Assembly: GCA_050633305.1 (NCBI GenBank)
Contig: JBOEGF010000005.1
Span: 384,001-448,000 of the forward strand
Direction: 5' to 3'
Length of the DNA stretch: 64,000 bases
From: Nannocystales bacterium
GTDB taxonomy: Bacteria > Myxococcota_A > Polyangia > Nannocystales > Nannocystaceae
The translations under genes and the position numbers were made by a program. Positions 18,098 through 27,736 of this stretch are shown piece after piece. The notes beneath the pieces are model-generated. The model saw only the letters and a program-made list of their open reading frames with translations. It was not told the DNA's origin and made no database searches. How positions within the stretch are numbered: the first letter of the stretch is position 1; every line of letters starts with the position of its first letter.

Positions 18098-19477
18098 TCA
18101 GTCCACCAGTGGCGTATGGGTGAGGTGCTCGTAGAGCTCGCCCGGGGCGATGCCCTGGGTGCGCGCGGCCGCGACCCGTTCCAGCTCCTCTTCGATCAGC
18201 AGCCGGATGTGAATCTCGGGGTAGGCACCCTCGAGCGGGCGGCCGTTGATGAAGTAGCCCGGAGTGCCGTTGACGCCCAGGGCCATGGAGAGCGCGAGGT
18301 CGGCCTCGACCCGGTCGGCGGCACTCTGCGAGCTCATCTCCTTCTCAAACACGGCCATGTCGAGCCCGATCTCTCGGGCGATGGTGCGCAGGTCCTCGGA
18401 CCCGAACTTGGGGCCGAAGGCATACAGCGCGTCATGGAACTCCCAGAACTTGCCCTGGCTCTGCGCTGCGACGCCGGCACGAGCGGCGGGGTCTGCGTGA
18501 CGGTGAAACGGCAACGGCTTGTGCTTGTGCACCACTCGGATCTTGTCCCCGTAGTGCGCCTCGATACGCTCCATGGTGGCGTTGCCTTTGGCGCAGAACG
18601 GGCACGCGAAGTCGCCGAAACTCACGATGGTGATCGGAGCGTCGTCGGGTCCCTTGCGTGGTGAGTCTCCCAGCGGGACGACGTAGACACCGTCGGGATC
18701 GAGTCCCCGCCGGCCCTTGGCGTATTGCACCTCTTCGAACCCGCCACGGAGCGTCTCGTCGTAGAGCTGCTGGTCCGGCACGCCTGCGGATCGGAGATCG
18801 TCGGCGTAGCGCAGTTCTTCGCCGATGATTCGGTCGAACTCCGCGAGGGGCTTGGCCCCAGAGATGACGCGGCCGTTGATGAAGAACGTGGGGGTCGAGG
18901 ACACGCCCAGGCGCCGGGCTTGTCGAGCGTCGCGGCGGACTTCGGGTCCGTACTCGAGGGTGTCGAGGTCGCGGACCAACGCGTTCATGTCGAGCCCCAC
19001 GTGCTTCGCGTACGAGAGGATGACGCCCGGGTCGAGACGTTGACCGGAGAACAGCAGGTCATGGAACTCCCAGAACTTGCCCTGCCCCTGCGCCGAGCGG
19101 GCCGCCATGGCTGCAAGCAGCGCGTTGGCGTGGTTGTCCAGAGGCAGGGCCTTGTAGGCAATGCGGACATCGTCCGGGTACAGGTCTCGTAGGCGCTTGA
19201 GTGTTTCGAGCCCTTGCACACAGAACGGGCACTCGAAGTCACTGAACATCACCACCGTCACCGCAGCGGTCGCCGGGCCGAGCGTGGGCGCGTCGCCGAG
19301 CTTCACGACAAAACGTTCGACGTCGGCGTCGGTTCGAGCGGCTTGGGCGCGATCGGAACCCGCAGCCGACGGAGCGGCAGGTTCGGCGGGAGGCTGCGGC
19401 GCGGCGGGGCCCTTGGTGCAGGCCAGGAGCAGGCTCGCAGCGAGCGAAGCCGAGCAGATCGCGGTGCGCGTACGCAT
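18098..19477 (-). CDS. Tandem-domain DsbA-family lipoprotein
   Basis: Two thioredoxin-fold domains, FSDFECPFC and FGDFACPFC, with GVSSTP / GVNGTP; LLAC lipobox. Confidence 0.9.
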   Translation of the reverse strand: MRTRTAICSASLAASLLLACTKGPAAPQPPAEPAAPSAAGSDRAQAARTDADVERFVVKLGDAPTLGPATAAVTVVMFSDFECPFCVQGLETLKRLRDLYPDDVRIAYKALPLDNHANALLAAMAARSAQGQGKFWEFHDLLFSGQRLDPGVILSYAKHVGLDMNALVRDLDTLEYGPEVRRDARQARRLGVSSTPTFFINGRVISGAKPLAEFDRIIGEELRYADDLRSAGVPDQQLYDETLRGGFEEVQYAKGRRGLDPDGVYVVPLGDSPRKGPDDAPITIVSFGDFACPFCAKGNATMERIEAHYGDKIRVVHKHKPLPFHRHADPAARAGVAAQSQGKFWEFHDALYAFGPKFGSEDLRTIAREIGLDMAVFEKEMSSQSAADRVEADLALSMALGVNGTPGYFINGRPLEGAYPEIHIRLLIEEELERVAAARTQGIAPGELYEHLTHTPLVD

Positions 19478-19567
19478 GAGCACGGGTTGTAACGCTACAA
19501 TCGACGTCCTCGCTACGTTGATGGGAACCGAAATGGCGCTTCGTGCGTCTGACGAGAAGGATTCGCA

Positions 19568-20548
19568 GTGGAACACGTGCAATGCCGACAGATCCGCCAC
19601 TCCTACGACGGCGTTCGAGACGCCATCGGGGGGCTCGACCTCGAGATCAAGCGCGGAGAGGTGCTTGCCCTGATCGGGCCCAACGGCGCTGGGAAGAGCA
19701 CCACGCTGCGGATCCTCGCGACGTTGCAACGGCCCGATGAGGGCACCGTGACCTGGGATGGTTCGGATGCCTGGACCGAGCGCTACGCACTGCGCCAGCG
19801 CATCGGCTTCTTGGGTGATGGCACCGCGCTGTACCCCAGCATGACCGCCGCGGGTTACCTGCGGTTCTTTGCCGAGTGTTACGGGCTCAGCGATTCAGAT
19901 GCCAAGAAGAGGGTGGCTGTCGTGCTCGACATGTTCGATCTCTCGACCAAAGCCGAGGCGACGATCAGCGCCCTGTCCAAGGGCATGCGGCAGCGATTGG
20001 CGATCGCCCGGACCATGATTCACGACCCCGAGCTGTTGCTGCTCGACGAGCCCGCCGATGGGCTCGATCCCCTTGCGCGTCGGCAGCTTCGAGACGTGTT
20101 GCGACGCGTGGCCGACCAAGGCGTTGGCATCGTCGTCAGCTCGCACATCCTTCGAGAGTTGGATCGCTTCGTCGACACCGTCGCCCTCATTCAAAAGGGG
20201 CGACTCGAGGTGCACGGCGGCGTCGAAGAGGTCATCGCCGACTACGATGTTGGTCGCCGGTTGCACCACGTCGAGGTGACGAACGGACTTGCGACCGCGC
20301 TCGAAGTGCTGCGAAAGCACGAGGGATTGATCGAAGGCGTCGAGCCGCTGCACAAGGACGAAGAGGCCGTGGATCCGAAGACCAGCCCGCGCGGGCGGAT
20401 CAAGGTACGGATCCACGGTGATGAGCGTCGAGCCGCAACGATCCTCAAGGACATGGTCCTGGCTGACGTCGAGGTGATCTCGATGGCCAAGGTCCGCAGC
20501 GACCTCGAGGACGTGTATCAGAGCATCGGGCGTGACGAAGTCAGCTGA
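19568..20548 (+). CDS. ABC transporter ATP-binding protein (ABC-2 type)
   Basis: GPNGAGKS, LSKGM, LLLLDEP, SSH; SD AGAAGGA. Confidence 0.93.
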   Translation: MEHVQCRQIRHSYDGVRDAIGGLDLEIKRGEVLALIGPNGAGKSTTLRILATLQRPDEGTVTWDGSDAWTERYALRQRIGFLGDGTALYPSMTAAGYLRFFAECYGLSDSDAKKRVAVVLDMFDLSTKAEATISALSKGMRQRLAIARTMIHDPELLLLDEPADGLDPLARRQLRDVLRRVADQGVGIVVSSHILRELDRFVDTVALIQKGRLEVHGGVEEVIADYDVGRRLHHVEVTNGLATALEVLRKHEGLIEGVEPLHKDEEAVDPKTSPRGRIKVRIHGDERRAATILKDMVLADVEVISMAKVRSDLEDVYQSIGRDEVS

Positions 20549-20650
20549 GCCACGGTCCTTCGTCCTCTCGTCTTGCGCGCCGACCGCGAGTCGGCTCGAA
20601 GAAATTGCCGCCGCACAGACATCTGCGGACCTGCGCGGTGTTGAGATGAT

Positions 20651-21871
20651 GTGACCAGCTCAATTGGCCCCCGTGCCGTCCTTGTCTCGATTTTCTTACT
20701 CTTAGGTCCCGCGTGCAGCTCCGACTCCTCGCAGGACGAGCCCGAGGGCGGTTCGTCGGGGGGGATTGGGAGCACCTCCGGCAATGAAACCTCCGGGAGC
20801 GGAGTCGGCAGTTCGTCGGGGTTACCGGGGACCTCCGGGAGCGACTCTTCGGGGACACCTGACGCCTCCTCCTCGGGAGGAGATTCGTCCGGAGAAGCCC
20901 CAGACCTCTCGCCCTACCAGCCCATTGTCGACAGTATCGATACCCCTGGCGCACAGGTCGCCGTGATCGAGCCGGACGGTGACGTTTGGTTCGGCGTCGG
21001 CGGTGACGCGGCGCAGGGCGAGCCCATGACGACGGACCACCGGCTCCTGATCGGGAGCAACACCAAGACATGGACCGCTGCGGTCACGTTGATGCTGGTG
21101 GACGAAGGGGAGCTTTCGCTCGATGACGCCGCGAGCACCTGGGTCGATACTCTCGACCCGGCGATCACGATCCGCGACCTGCTCCAGCACACCAGTGGTC
21201 TTGGCGAGTACTTCGAGCACCCCGACATGAAGGGGCACGGGGGCGACCCGTGGGCGCCCGCCGACCTCATCGCGCTTGGTCAGGGGGTCCGCGATGATGG
21301 TCCTGGAGCCTCCGTCTACTCGAACACCAACTACATCGCGCTGGGGTTGGTGCTGGAGGCGATCGAGGAGCAACCCTACGCCGAGGTCATTCAGACGCGA
21401 CTCTTCGAACCTCTCGAACTCGGCGATTCCGGTGTCGTCACTGACTCGTTCCCCGAGGACCTCGCACTTGGAGACGGCGGTGCGCTCGGCGTTGTGACGC
21501 CCGAGCATCCTTCGGTGGGGTGGGCGGCCGGGGCGGGCTATTCCACGGCGGAGGACCTCGCTGAGTTCTACCGAGCCATGCTTGCCGGGGAACTCTACAG
21601 CGACGCGTTGTTACAGCAGCAGCTCGACGACGTCCCCTCGGACCTTGGGTTTGGGCAACCGGGCGTGACGGAAGCTTATGGCCTTGGGCTGATGATGGTG
21701 GGCGTTGGCGGGCAAGAGCTCACCGGACACCTGGGCTCGCTGACCGGGTTCCATGGCTGGGGGCTGCGCGACGATGTGAGCGGTGGGCTCGTTGTCGTGC
21801 TGACGAACAACAGCGAGGTGACGTCGGTCGGTGCAGTCTTGGAGGCGCTCGCCGTTGCGGCCGAGGAGTGA
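20651..21871 (+). CDS. Serine hydrolase lipoprotein (beta-lactamase / D-Ala-D-Ala peptidase family)
   Basis: SxxK (GSNTK), LLQHTSG, YSN, GHLG; lipobox GPAC. Confidence 0.88.
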   Translation: MTSSIGPRAVLVSIFLLLGPACSSDSSQDEPEGGSSGGIGSTSGNETSGSGVGSSSGLPGTSGSDSSGTPDASSSGGDSSGEAPDLSPYQPIVDSIDTPGAQVAVIEPDGDVWFGVGGDAAQGEPMTTDHRLLIGSNTKTWTAAVTLMLVDEGELSLDDAASTWVDTLDPAITIRDLLQHTSGLGEYFEHPDMKGHGGDPWAPADLIALGQGVRDDGPGASVYSNTNYIALGLVLEAIEEQPYAEVIQTRLFEPLELGDSGVVTDSFPEDLALGDGGALGVVTPEHPSVGWAAGAGYSTAEDLAEFYRAMLAGELYSDALLQQQLDDVPSDLGFGQPGVTEAYGLGLMMVGVGGQELTGHLGSLTGFHGWGLRDDVSGGLVVVLTNNSEVTSVGAVLEALAVAAEE

Positions 21872-21892
21872 GAACGCGCCCCTGGGTTGCGG

Positions 21893-23287
21893 CTAGAGCT
21901 CGACCCAGCGGCGCATGCCCACCGCTTGCAGAAAACGCTCGTCGTGACTCACCACGACGAGTCCGCCGGCCCAGTTCCGCAGCACGGACTCCAGCGCCGC
22001 GAGGCCCTCGAAATCGAGATGGTCCGTGGGCTCATCGAGGACCAGAAGCTCAGGGATGCAGGTTTCGGCGAGCGCACAGATCAGCGCCGCGCGCAGTCGT
22101 TCGCCGGGGCTGAGGTTGCGCAGGGGGCGGTCGGCGAGGGCAAAGGGAAACCGATGCGCGCGGAGGACCGCTGCGACGTCTTCGAAGGGCTTTGCGTCGG
22201 CGAGTCGGTCGAGCACGCTCTCCTCCAGACACCAGTTGGCGGTGTTCTGCGAGATGTAGGCGATTCGGTGCCTTTCGCACTGGGCCCGGCCGGAACGAGG
22301 GGATAGCTCGCCCAAGAGCACGCGCAGCAGGGTGCTCTTGCCCGAACCATTGGGCCCAACGACGGCCACCCGGTCACGCCCAACCTCGAGGTCGATGCTC
22401 TCGAAGAGCGTCTCCTCCCCGTGGCGGACACAGACGTTCTCGAGGACCGCGAGGGGTCCCTGGGGCGGGGGAAGGTCTGGAAGTACGACGTCCAGAGGCA
22501 GATTCACAGTCAAGGCTCGGCGGGTCGCCTTCGCCCAAGCGCGTGCATCCCTCCGTCGAGCCCGCTGAATCCCGTCTCGCCGGCTTTGGCTCTCCTGCGC
22601 CGCAGACCTTTTCCCGTTCAGCAACGAGCGTGGGGTGCACCGCCCCAACTCACGCACCCGACCCAGGTTCTTTTTTCGGTCTCGGCTTTGTTGCGTACGG
22701 TGGTGGGTGCGTTCTTGGGCGACGAGGTTGTTGAGGGTCCGGACGTATCTTGTCTGCTCCGCATCGGCATGCAGCCGGAGGTCGTCTTGGAGCGCTTCGA
22801 ACGTGCCATGAACGTGACGACTGCCCGATTCTGCGACCACGAAGAAGTCTTCGAACGCAGAGAGGAGCCGTTGTTCGTGGGAGACGACGAGCAGCGCGCC
22901 TTCCCATCGTTGCAGCCGTCGCACCAGCCACGCGATCCCGTCGGAGTCGAGATCGTGACTCGGTTCGTCGAACAGCAAGAGGTCGGGAGCGGCCGCGAAG
23001 GCGGCTTCGAGTCGGCGTCGTTGGACCTGTCCCGGGCTGTGCAGCGGGGAGGAAACGGTGGCTTGTTGGGAGACCACGCCCCGGGTGCCCGTACGGTGAA
23101 CAACCCCGGCCGTCGGGGACGCCTCGCCTGCCAGGACCCGGAGCAAGGATGACTTCCCGACCCCGTTGCGGCCCACGAGCGCGACTTGGTCTCCCTGGCC
23201 GAGCTGCAGACTGAGCTCGCGCAGGAGAGGGCGCCCGCCCGGTGTGTCCAGACAAAGGCCTCGGGCGGAGAGCAAGGGAGCTGTCAT
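21893..23287 (-). CDS. ABC-F family ribosome-associated ATPase
   Basis: Two NBDs (GRNGVGKS..DEPSHDLD; GPNGSGKS..LSPGE..DEPTDHLD..VSHD), long basic linker, no TM; ATGA overlap with hflX. Confidence 0.85.
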   Translation of the reverse strand: MTAPLLSARGLCLDTPGGRPLLRELSLQLGQGDQVALVGRNGVGKSSLLRVLAGEASPTAGVVHRTGTRGVVSQQATVSSPLHSPGQVQRRRLEAAFAAAPDLLLFDEPSHDLDSDGIAWLVRRLQRWEGALLVVSHEQRLLSAFEDFFVVAESGSRHVHGTFEALQDDLRLHADAEQTRYVRTLNNLVAQERTHHRTQQSRDRKKNLGRVRELGRCTPRSLLNGKRSAAQESQSRRDGIQRARRRDARAWAKATRRALTVNLPLDVVLPDLPPPQGPLAVLENVCVRHGEETLFESIDLEVGRDRVAVVGPNGSGKSTLLRVLLGELSPRSGRAQCERHRIAYISQNTANWCLEESVLDRLADAKPFEDVAAVLRAHRFPFALADRPLRNLSPGERLRAALICALAETCIPELLVLDEPTDHLDFEGLAALESVLRNWAGGLVVVSHDERFLQAVGMRRWVEL

Positions 23288-24654
23288 CGTTGCCTCCGTC
23301 GGGTCACGCGCGCGATCTTCTCCACGACGTGCGCCGGACCTTGAATGAGGAATTGGGTACCCGTGGGCGCTGCCGCAGACTTCAAGACACGGCAGCGTGC
23401 GTAGATGGCCTCGGTGACCTCCGAGCGTGTGTACGGAACGAACACCTCCCGCGTGGCGTGGTTGGCCCTGGATGCTTCGAGGAGTCGGGCGCGGAGACGC
23501 TCGATGTCTGTTGGGTTGTGCGTGCTGATCGCCTCGAACGGAGCGTCTTCGGCGAGCTGGCGGAGGTGCTCGATCTGCAGTCCGTCGCACATCTCGACCT
23601 TGTTGAACACGATGAACCGCGGCGTGTTCGCGGCGCCAAGCCGTCCCAAGACCTCCCGCGTTGACTCGAGGTGTCGCGCCACCTCTGGGTCCGAGGCATC
23701 GAGGACCACGACCAGCACAGATGCCTCGGCTGCTTCGGCCAGCGTTGTTTCGAAGCTGGCGTAGAGCCTCTCGGGGAGGTCTCGGATGAATCCGACCGTG
23801 TCGCTGATCAGGATGTCCCCGCCGTGCCGGCTCAGCGCGCGTGAGGTCGTGTCGAGCGTTTCGAACGGACGGTCACGGACCGAGAGGTCGGCGGAGGTGA
23901 GGGCGTTCATCAACGATGTCTTGCCCGCGTTCGTGTAACCAACGAGCACCAGGCGAGCGCAGTCGGACCGGCGCGTGCGTTGTGCCCGGTCTGCAACCTT
24001 GAGTTTGGCCAACCGACGTTGGAGTTCGGAGAGCCGAGAATCGAGCCGCCGGGCGAACAGCTCCGATGCCGTCTCGCCCGCGCCCTTGCTTCCCATGATG
24101 CCGCCCGCTTGCTGGTCCATGTTGAGCCCGATGCCGCGAATCCGAGGTCGCAGGTACTGGAGGTGGGCGATCTCGACCTGAATGCGGGCGCGTGGGGTTG
24201 TGGCGTGTTGCTCGAAGACGTTGAGGATTACCGCCTCTCGGTCGCAGATCGGCAACCCCACGAGGTCCTCGAGGTTTCGAGTCTGTGACGGGGTGAGCTC
24301 AGCATCGACCACCAACATGTCGGCGCCGCACTCCTCCGCAGTTGCAGCGACACGGCTTGCGACCCCGCGTCCCACGAACGTCCGCGGGTCGGCCTCGGCC
24401 AAACGCTGACTCTCACTGCCAACGATGCGGTCTCCCTGGGCCTGGACGAGCCCTGTGATCTCGGCGAGTTGTGCCTGAGGAACGCTTCGATGACGACGGA
24501 CGACCGACAACACGTAGCAGGCGTTGCCGTCCTCGTGAGCGGTACGAGGACGCCGTTGTTTGGCGTCCCAGTGGGTGGTCAGGTCCTCGAGTTGCCCCTC
24601 ATCTGCGAGCGGCACCTCGATGTGTTCGTCGATCGGTTTCGAATGGAATTTCAT
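23284..24654 (-). CDS. hflX: GTPase HflX, divergent paralog
   Basis: LTPSQTRNLE, DREAVILNVF, GAGET, GYTNAGKTS, FETLD, DTVGFI, NKVE. Confidence 0.92.
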   Translation of the reverse strand: MKFHSKPIDEHIEVPLADEGQLEDLTTHWDAKQRRPRTAHEDGNACYVLSVVRRHRSVPQAQLAEITGLVQAQGDRIVGSESQRLAEADPRTFVGRGVASRVAATAEECGADMLVVDAELTPSQTRNLEDLVGLPICDREAVILNVFEQHATTPRARIQVEIAHLQYLRPRIRGIGLNMDQQAGGIMGSKGAGETASELFARRLDSRLSELQRRLAKLKVADRAQRTRRSDCARLVLVGYTNAGKTSLMNALTSADLSVRDRPFETLDTTSRALSRHGGDILISDTVGFIRDLPERLYASFETTLAEAAEASVLVVVLDASDPEVARHLESTREVLGRLGAANTPRFIVFNKVEMCDGLQIEHLRQLAEDAPFEAISTHNPTDIERLRARLLEASRANHATREVFVPYTRSEVTEAIYARCRVLKSAAAPTGTQFLIQGPAHVVEKIARVTRRRQR

Positions 24655-24847
24655 GCGGTAGGCCCTTTCGGGCCGCTCTACGCGACATGCGTCGCGGGCG
24701 GCCTGGAGCGCGCAACCGGGGTTGTGAGCGCTCAGGTTCGTCGTGAGTTGGTGGCCACGGCGTGCGTCAAACAGCGCGGGTTCTGCAGAGAACCCGGACA
24801 CCGGACCGTTGTCCTCGAGGCGGGCAGTGCCGCCGAGGGACCAACAT

Positions 24848-24871
24848 TCAAACGAAGTTGAAGAACCGCAT
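24848..24871 (-). CDS. Putative leader peptide MRFFNFV upstream of hflX
   Basis: ATG CGG TTC TTC AAC TTC GTT TGA, 9 nt after a sigma-70-like promoter and followed by several hairpins. Confidence 0.5.
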   Translation of the reverse strand: MRFFNFV

Positions 24872-24880
24872 GATGGGGAA

Positions 24881-24909
24881 GGCGTAGCGCCGTTGTCGGG
24901 GAGGCGCAA
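24881..24909 (-). promoter_or_regulatory. Sigma-70-like promoter TTGCGC-N17-TACGCC
   Basis: Exact 17-nt spacing; imperfect -10 element. Confidence 0.45.
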
Positions 24910-24937
24910 GGACGAACTTGAAAAAGCGCGGCTCGTC

Positions 24938-25459
24938 TCAGAATCCAAGCCGCGGTGTCGCGCTCGCGTAACGCTTCCATCGTTCGCCGAAGCGCTCCGC
25001 CAGCGCGCGCTCTTCGAGTTGCAGTCGAGCGACCAAAAGCGGGAGCTGGGCGGCGGCGAGAAATCCCGAGAACAAACTTGGGGCTGCGACGAACAACCCG
25101 AGCGTCCAACACAGGAGGCCGAGTTCGGACGGGTGCCGCATCACGCCATGGATGCCGGTCGTCACGAGGTGCTCGGCGTTCGCTTCGGTGCGGAACAGGG
25201 AGCCAAGGTTGCGCATGGCGGCGGCGCGGAGCCAGCCCCCGCCAACCAAGAGCCCCGCGGCGATGAGGGCTTGGGGGACTCCGGCGGCCCGAACCGACGC
25301 GTAGATCGAGGCCCCAAGTAGGAGCACGCTTGCCGTCAGCGCGATGACTCGCAAGGCTTGGTCATTGCGGTGGGTGCCCTCGGCGCGGGCCGGAGGTGAG
25401 ACCAGCGCCTCTTGCAGGATCGCGGCACCGATCCCGCACAGGACGAGCAGCGAACTCAC
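24938..25459 (-). CDS. Isoprenylcysteine carboxyl methyltransferase (ICMT/PEMT)-family membrane protein
   Basis: HLVTTGIHGVMRHP, EERALAERFG, TM helices. Confidence 0.8.
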   Translation of the reverse strand: MSSLLVLCGIGAAILQEALVSPPARAEGTHRNDQALRVIALTASVLLLGASIYASVRAAGVPQALIAAGLLVGGGWLRAAAMRNLGSLFRTEANAEHLVTTGIHGVMRHPSELGLLCWTLGLFVAAPSLFSGFLAAAQLPLLVARLQLEERALAERFGERWKRYASATPRLGF

Positions 25460-26067
25460 TGGCCGGCGACGTGGGCCGCGACCGCCTGCTCGATCACATC
25501 GGCAGGCATGCCCATAGCTGCACCCGCGCGGTGCAGGACCTGGTGGTCCTGAGGCTGGACCTGCCGAGTGGGAGCGAGCGTGGAGAGCATCAAACGCAGC
25601 AGCAGAGTCTTGCCGTCGGCGGAGAAGTCTTGGGTTTGGGCTTGAAAGGTCGGCTCAAGTTGGGCCTGGGCCTGCTGCGCGAACTGGACATCCTGGTGAA
25701 TGACTTCTTCGGCGACGAAGTCTTGGGTCACCTCTTGAAGCGCCGTGCGGAGCGCGTTCACGTTCTCCGGCTGGTAGCGGTTCGCGAACAACATGGCCAG
25801 CACCGACAGTCGCCGGAGCCTGTCGAACATCTCGGCGCGCTCGGCCGCAGGGTCATGGTGGAGCGCTTCCATGTCGAAGGTTCCGGCGCACGCATTGCAT
25901 TCGAGGTACTCGCCCGCCGTTCCCAAGGGGATGACCGGGATGAAGTACAGCGTGAACCATCGCTTCTGCTTCTTGTGCGAGTAGGGCTTCTGGGGACCGC
26001 AGCGCGGGCAGTTGAACACCCCCTGTCCTGCTGTGGGGTTGGTCGTACGAGTGCCGAAGATGATCAT
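25456..26067 (-). CDS. Zinc-ribbon protein with TerB-like helical C-terminus
   Basis: MIIFG, CPRC, WFTLYFIPVIPL, CNAC. Confidence 0.8.
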   Translation of the reverse strand: MIIFGTRTTNPTAGQGVFNCPRCGPQKPYSHKKQKRWFTLYFIPVIPLGTAGEYLECNACAGTFDMEALHHDPAAERAEMFDRLRRLSVLAMLFANRYQPENVNALRTALQEVTQDFVAEEVIHQDVQFAQQAQAQLEPTFQAQTQDFSADGKTLLLRLMLSTLAPTRQVQPQDHQVLHRAGAAMGMPADVIEQAVAAHVAGQ

Positions 26068-26112
26068 GACCGGCCCGAACTGTACCGCACCCCGGTGTGC
26101 GAGACTGGGTGC

Positions 26113-26682
26113 ATGGCTGCGCAGGACGCCACTCGGTGGGACGCGAAGTATCGAGGGCGAGCCCTGCCGACGCCGGGCCCAAGTGCGGCGTTGGAGTCGG
26201 TCGCCTCGTGGATCCCCGGCCAAGGTCGGCTCCTCGATCTGGCGGGGGGCGACGGCGCACAGGCCGTATGGCTTGCGGCACGAGGATTGGAGGTCACGCT
26301 CTGTGACGTCTCCGGCGTTGCACTGGAACGGGCAAAACGTGTTGCCGCAGCATCCGGGCAGAGCCTCACGACGCTGCAGATCGATCTCGAGATCGTGCCG
26401 CTCCCTGAAGGGCCGTGGTCGGCCGTGGTGTGTTCGAACTATCTACAACTGTCGTTGTGGCCTGCGGTGGCGAGCGCGTTGCGCCCTGGCGGAAGAGCGA
26501 TCTGGCTGCACCCCACCATCGAAAACCTGACGCGGCACGAGAAACCGAGTCGTCGATTTCTCCTCGAGCCCGGACAGGGCGAGCGCGTCATCGCCGACGC
26601 TGGCCTCGGGGTCGAGTTTACCGAGGAATCGTGGGTCGCCGGCCGCCACCTGTCCTGCGTGGTTGGATCGCGGGGTGCATGA
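26113..26682 (+). CDS. Class I SAM-dependent methyltransferase (TehB-like)
   Basis: WDAKY, LDLAGGDG, DVS, LRPGG. Confidence 0.85.
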   Translation: MAAQDATRWDAKYRGRALPTPGPSAALESVASWIPGQGRLLDLAGGDGAQAVWLAARGLEVTLCDVSGVALERAKRVAAASGQSLTTLQIDLEIVPLPEGPWSAVVCSNYLQLSLWPAVASALRPGGRAIWLHPTIENLTRHEKPSRRFLLEPGQGERVIADAGLGVEFTEESWVAGRHLSCVVGSRGA

Positions 26683-26701
26683 GCGGGGGGTTACTGCGCT
26701 G

Positions 26702-27613
26702 TCAGCCGAACTGAACCGCGCTGACATGGGCGTGCATGAGCTGCGTTTGTAGCGGGATCTTGGCCTGATCTTCTTGTGCCGCGCCCGCGGCCACCATGAG
26801 CGGGAGCAGGTGCTCCGCGCGTGGATGGCATGCTCGGGCGGCGGGGGCTTGTTGCCACTGGGCCAAGCGTCGGGCTCGCTCGGACGGCGAGGCGAGAGTC
26901 GTCTCGACCATCCAATCGTCAAACGCCTTCGAGTCGTTGGCGACTTGGCGTTGTCCAGAGGCACTACCGCGCGCGGCACCGAATCCTCGCATGTTGTGGT
27001 AGCTCATTCCGCTGCCCACGATCAGGATCCCCTGCTTGCGCAGAGGGGCGAGCGCGCGGCCCATCGCGAAATGCTGCTGCGGATCCAACGACGCCAGCAG
27101 GGAGACCTGGAAGGTCGGGATGGAGGCGTTGGGGAAGGGCACCATCAGTGGGACGAATGCACCATGGTCGAAGCCGCGACGTTTGTCGGCTGCGGTCTTG
27201 AAACCTGCCGCGCCGAGATGCTCCTGGACCAGGGCTGCGGCTTCCGGGTCTCCCGGTGCGTTCCACTGGTACTCGTACGCCTCGGCTGGAAAACCGCCGT
27301 AGTCGTAGAGCATCGGGGGGCGGGGCGCGGATTGCACGGTGGGGACGCCCTCCTCCCAGTGGGCTGAGATGCACAGGATCGCCCGGGGGGGCCGCGGGAG
27401 TCCATCGGCCATGGTTGCGAGGTAGTTGCGAAGCGGCGCGTAAGCGTCGCGCATGCCCATGTCGACGATGGTCCACGGACCACCACCGTGCGGGACGAAG
27501 AGCGTTGGCAGGACGATGTCGGTCATGGCTCGTTGCTGCTCCTTGGGGCGTGCACAGCCTCCGAGTGCGAGGCTCGCGGCTCCGGTCAGGAAGCTTCGGC
27601 GCTTGTGATGCAC
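26702..27613 (-). CDS. DODA/YgiD-type extradiol ring-cleavage dioxygenase (LigB family), possibly a Tat lipoprotein
   Basis: PHGGGP, SAHW, YDYGGFP, RGFDHG, GSGMSYHN, HPRAEHLLP; N-terminal KRRSFL and LGGC. Confidence 0.88.
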   Translation of the reverse strand: MHHKRRSFLTGAASLALGGCARPKEQQRAMTDIVLPTLFVPHGGGPWTIVDMGMRDAYAPLRNYLATMADGLPRPPRAILCISAHWEEGVPTVQSAPRPPMLYDYGGFPAEAYEYQWNAPGDPEAAALVQEHLGAAGFKTAADKRRGFDHGAFVPLMVPFPNASIPTFQVSLLASLDPQQHFAMGRALAPLRKQGILIVGSGMSYHNMRGFGAARGSASGQRQVANDSKAFDDWMVETTLASPSERARRLAQWQQAPAARACHPRAEHLLPLMVAAGAAQEDQAKIPLQTQLMHAHVSAVQFG

Positions 27614-27736
27614 GGCCGTAGCGTAGCTCCGTGAGGGGACCGATGGGGTGGAACGGTCCTTTGCCCGTCGCGAAACCGAGTCATCGCTGCGTCGGCAAAG
27701 TGGGCGGCCCGCTGCCGCAGGCCGCCCGGTGTTGTC

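Noticed and set aside
19568..20548. ABC ATPase with no adjacent permease
   Set aside because: Orphan ABC-2 ATPases are common; the partner is probably encoded elsewhere
20651..21871. Serine hydrolase as a true beta-lactamase belonging to the resistance region
   Set aside because: Motifs fit the broad peptidase/esterase family; it is convergent with the ABC-F operon and nothing links them
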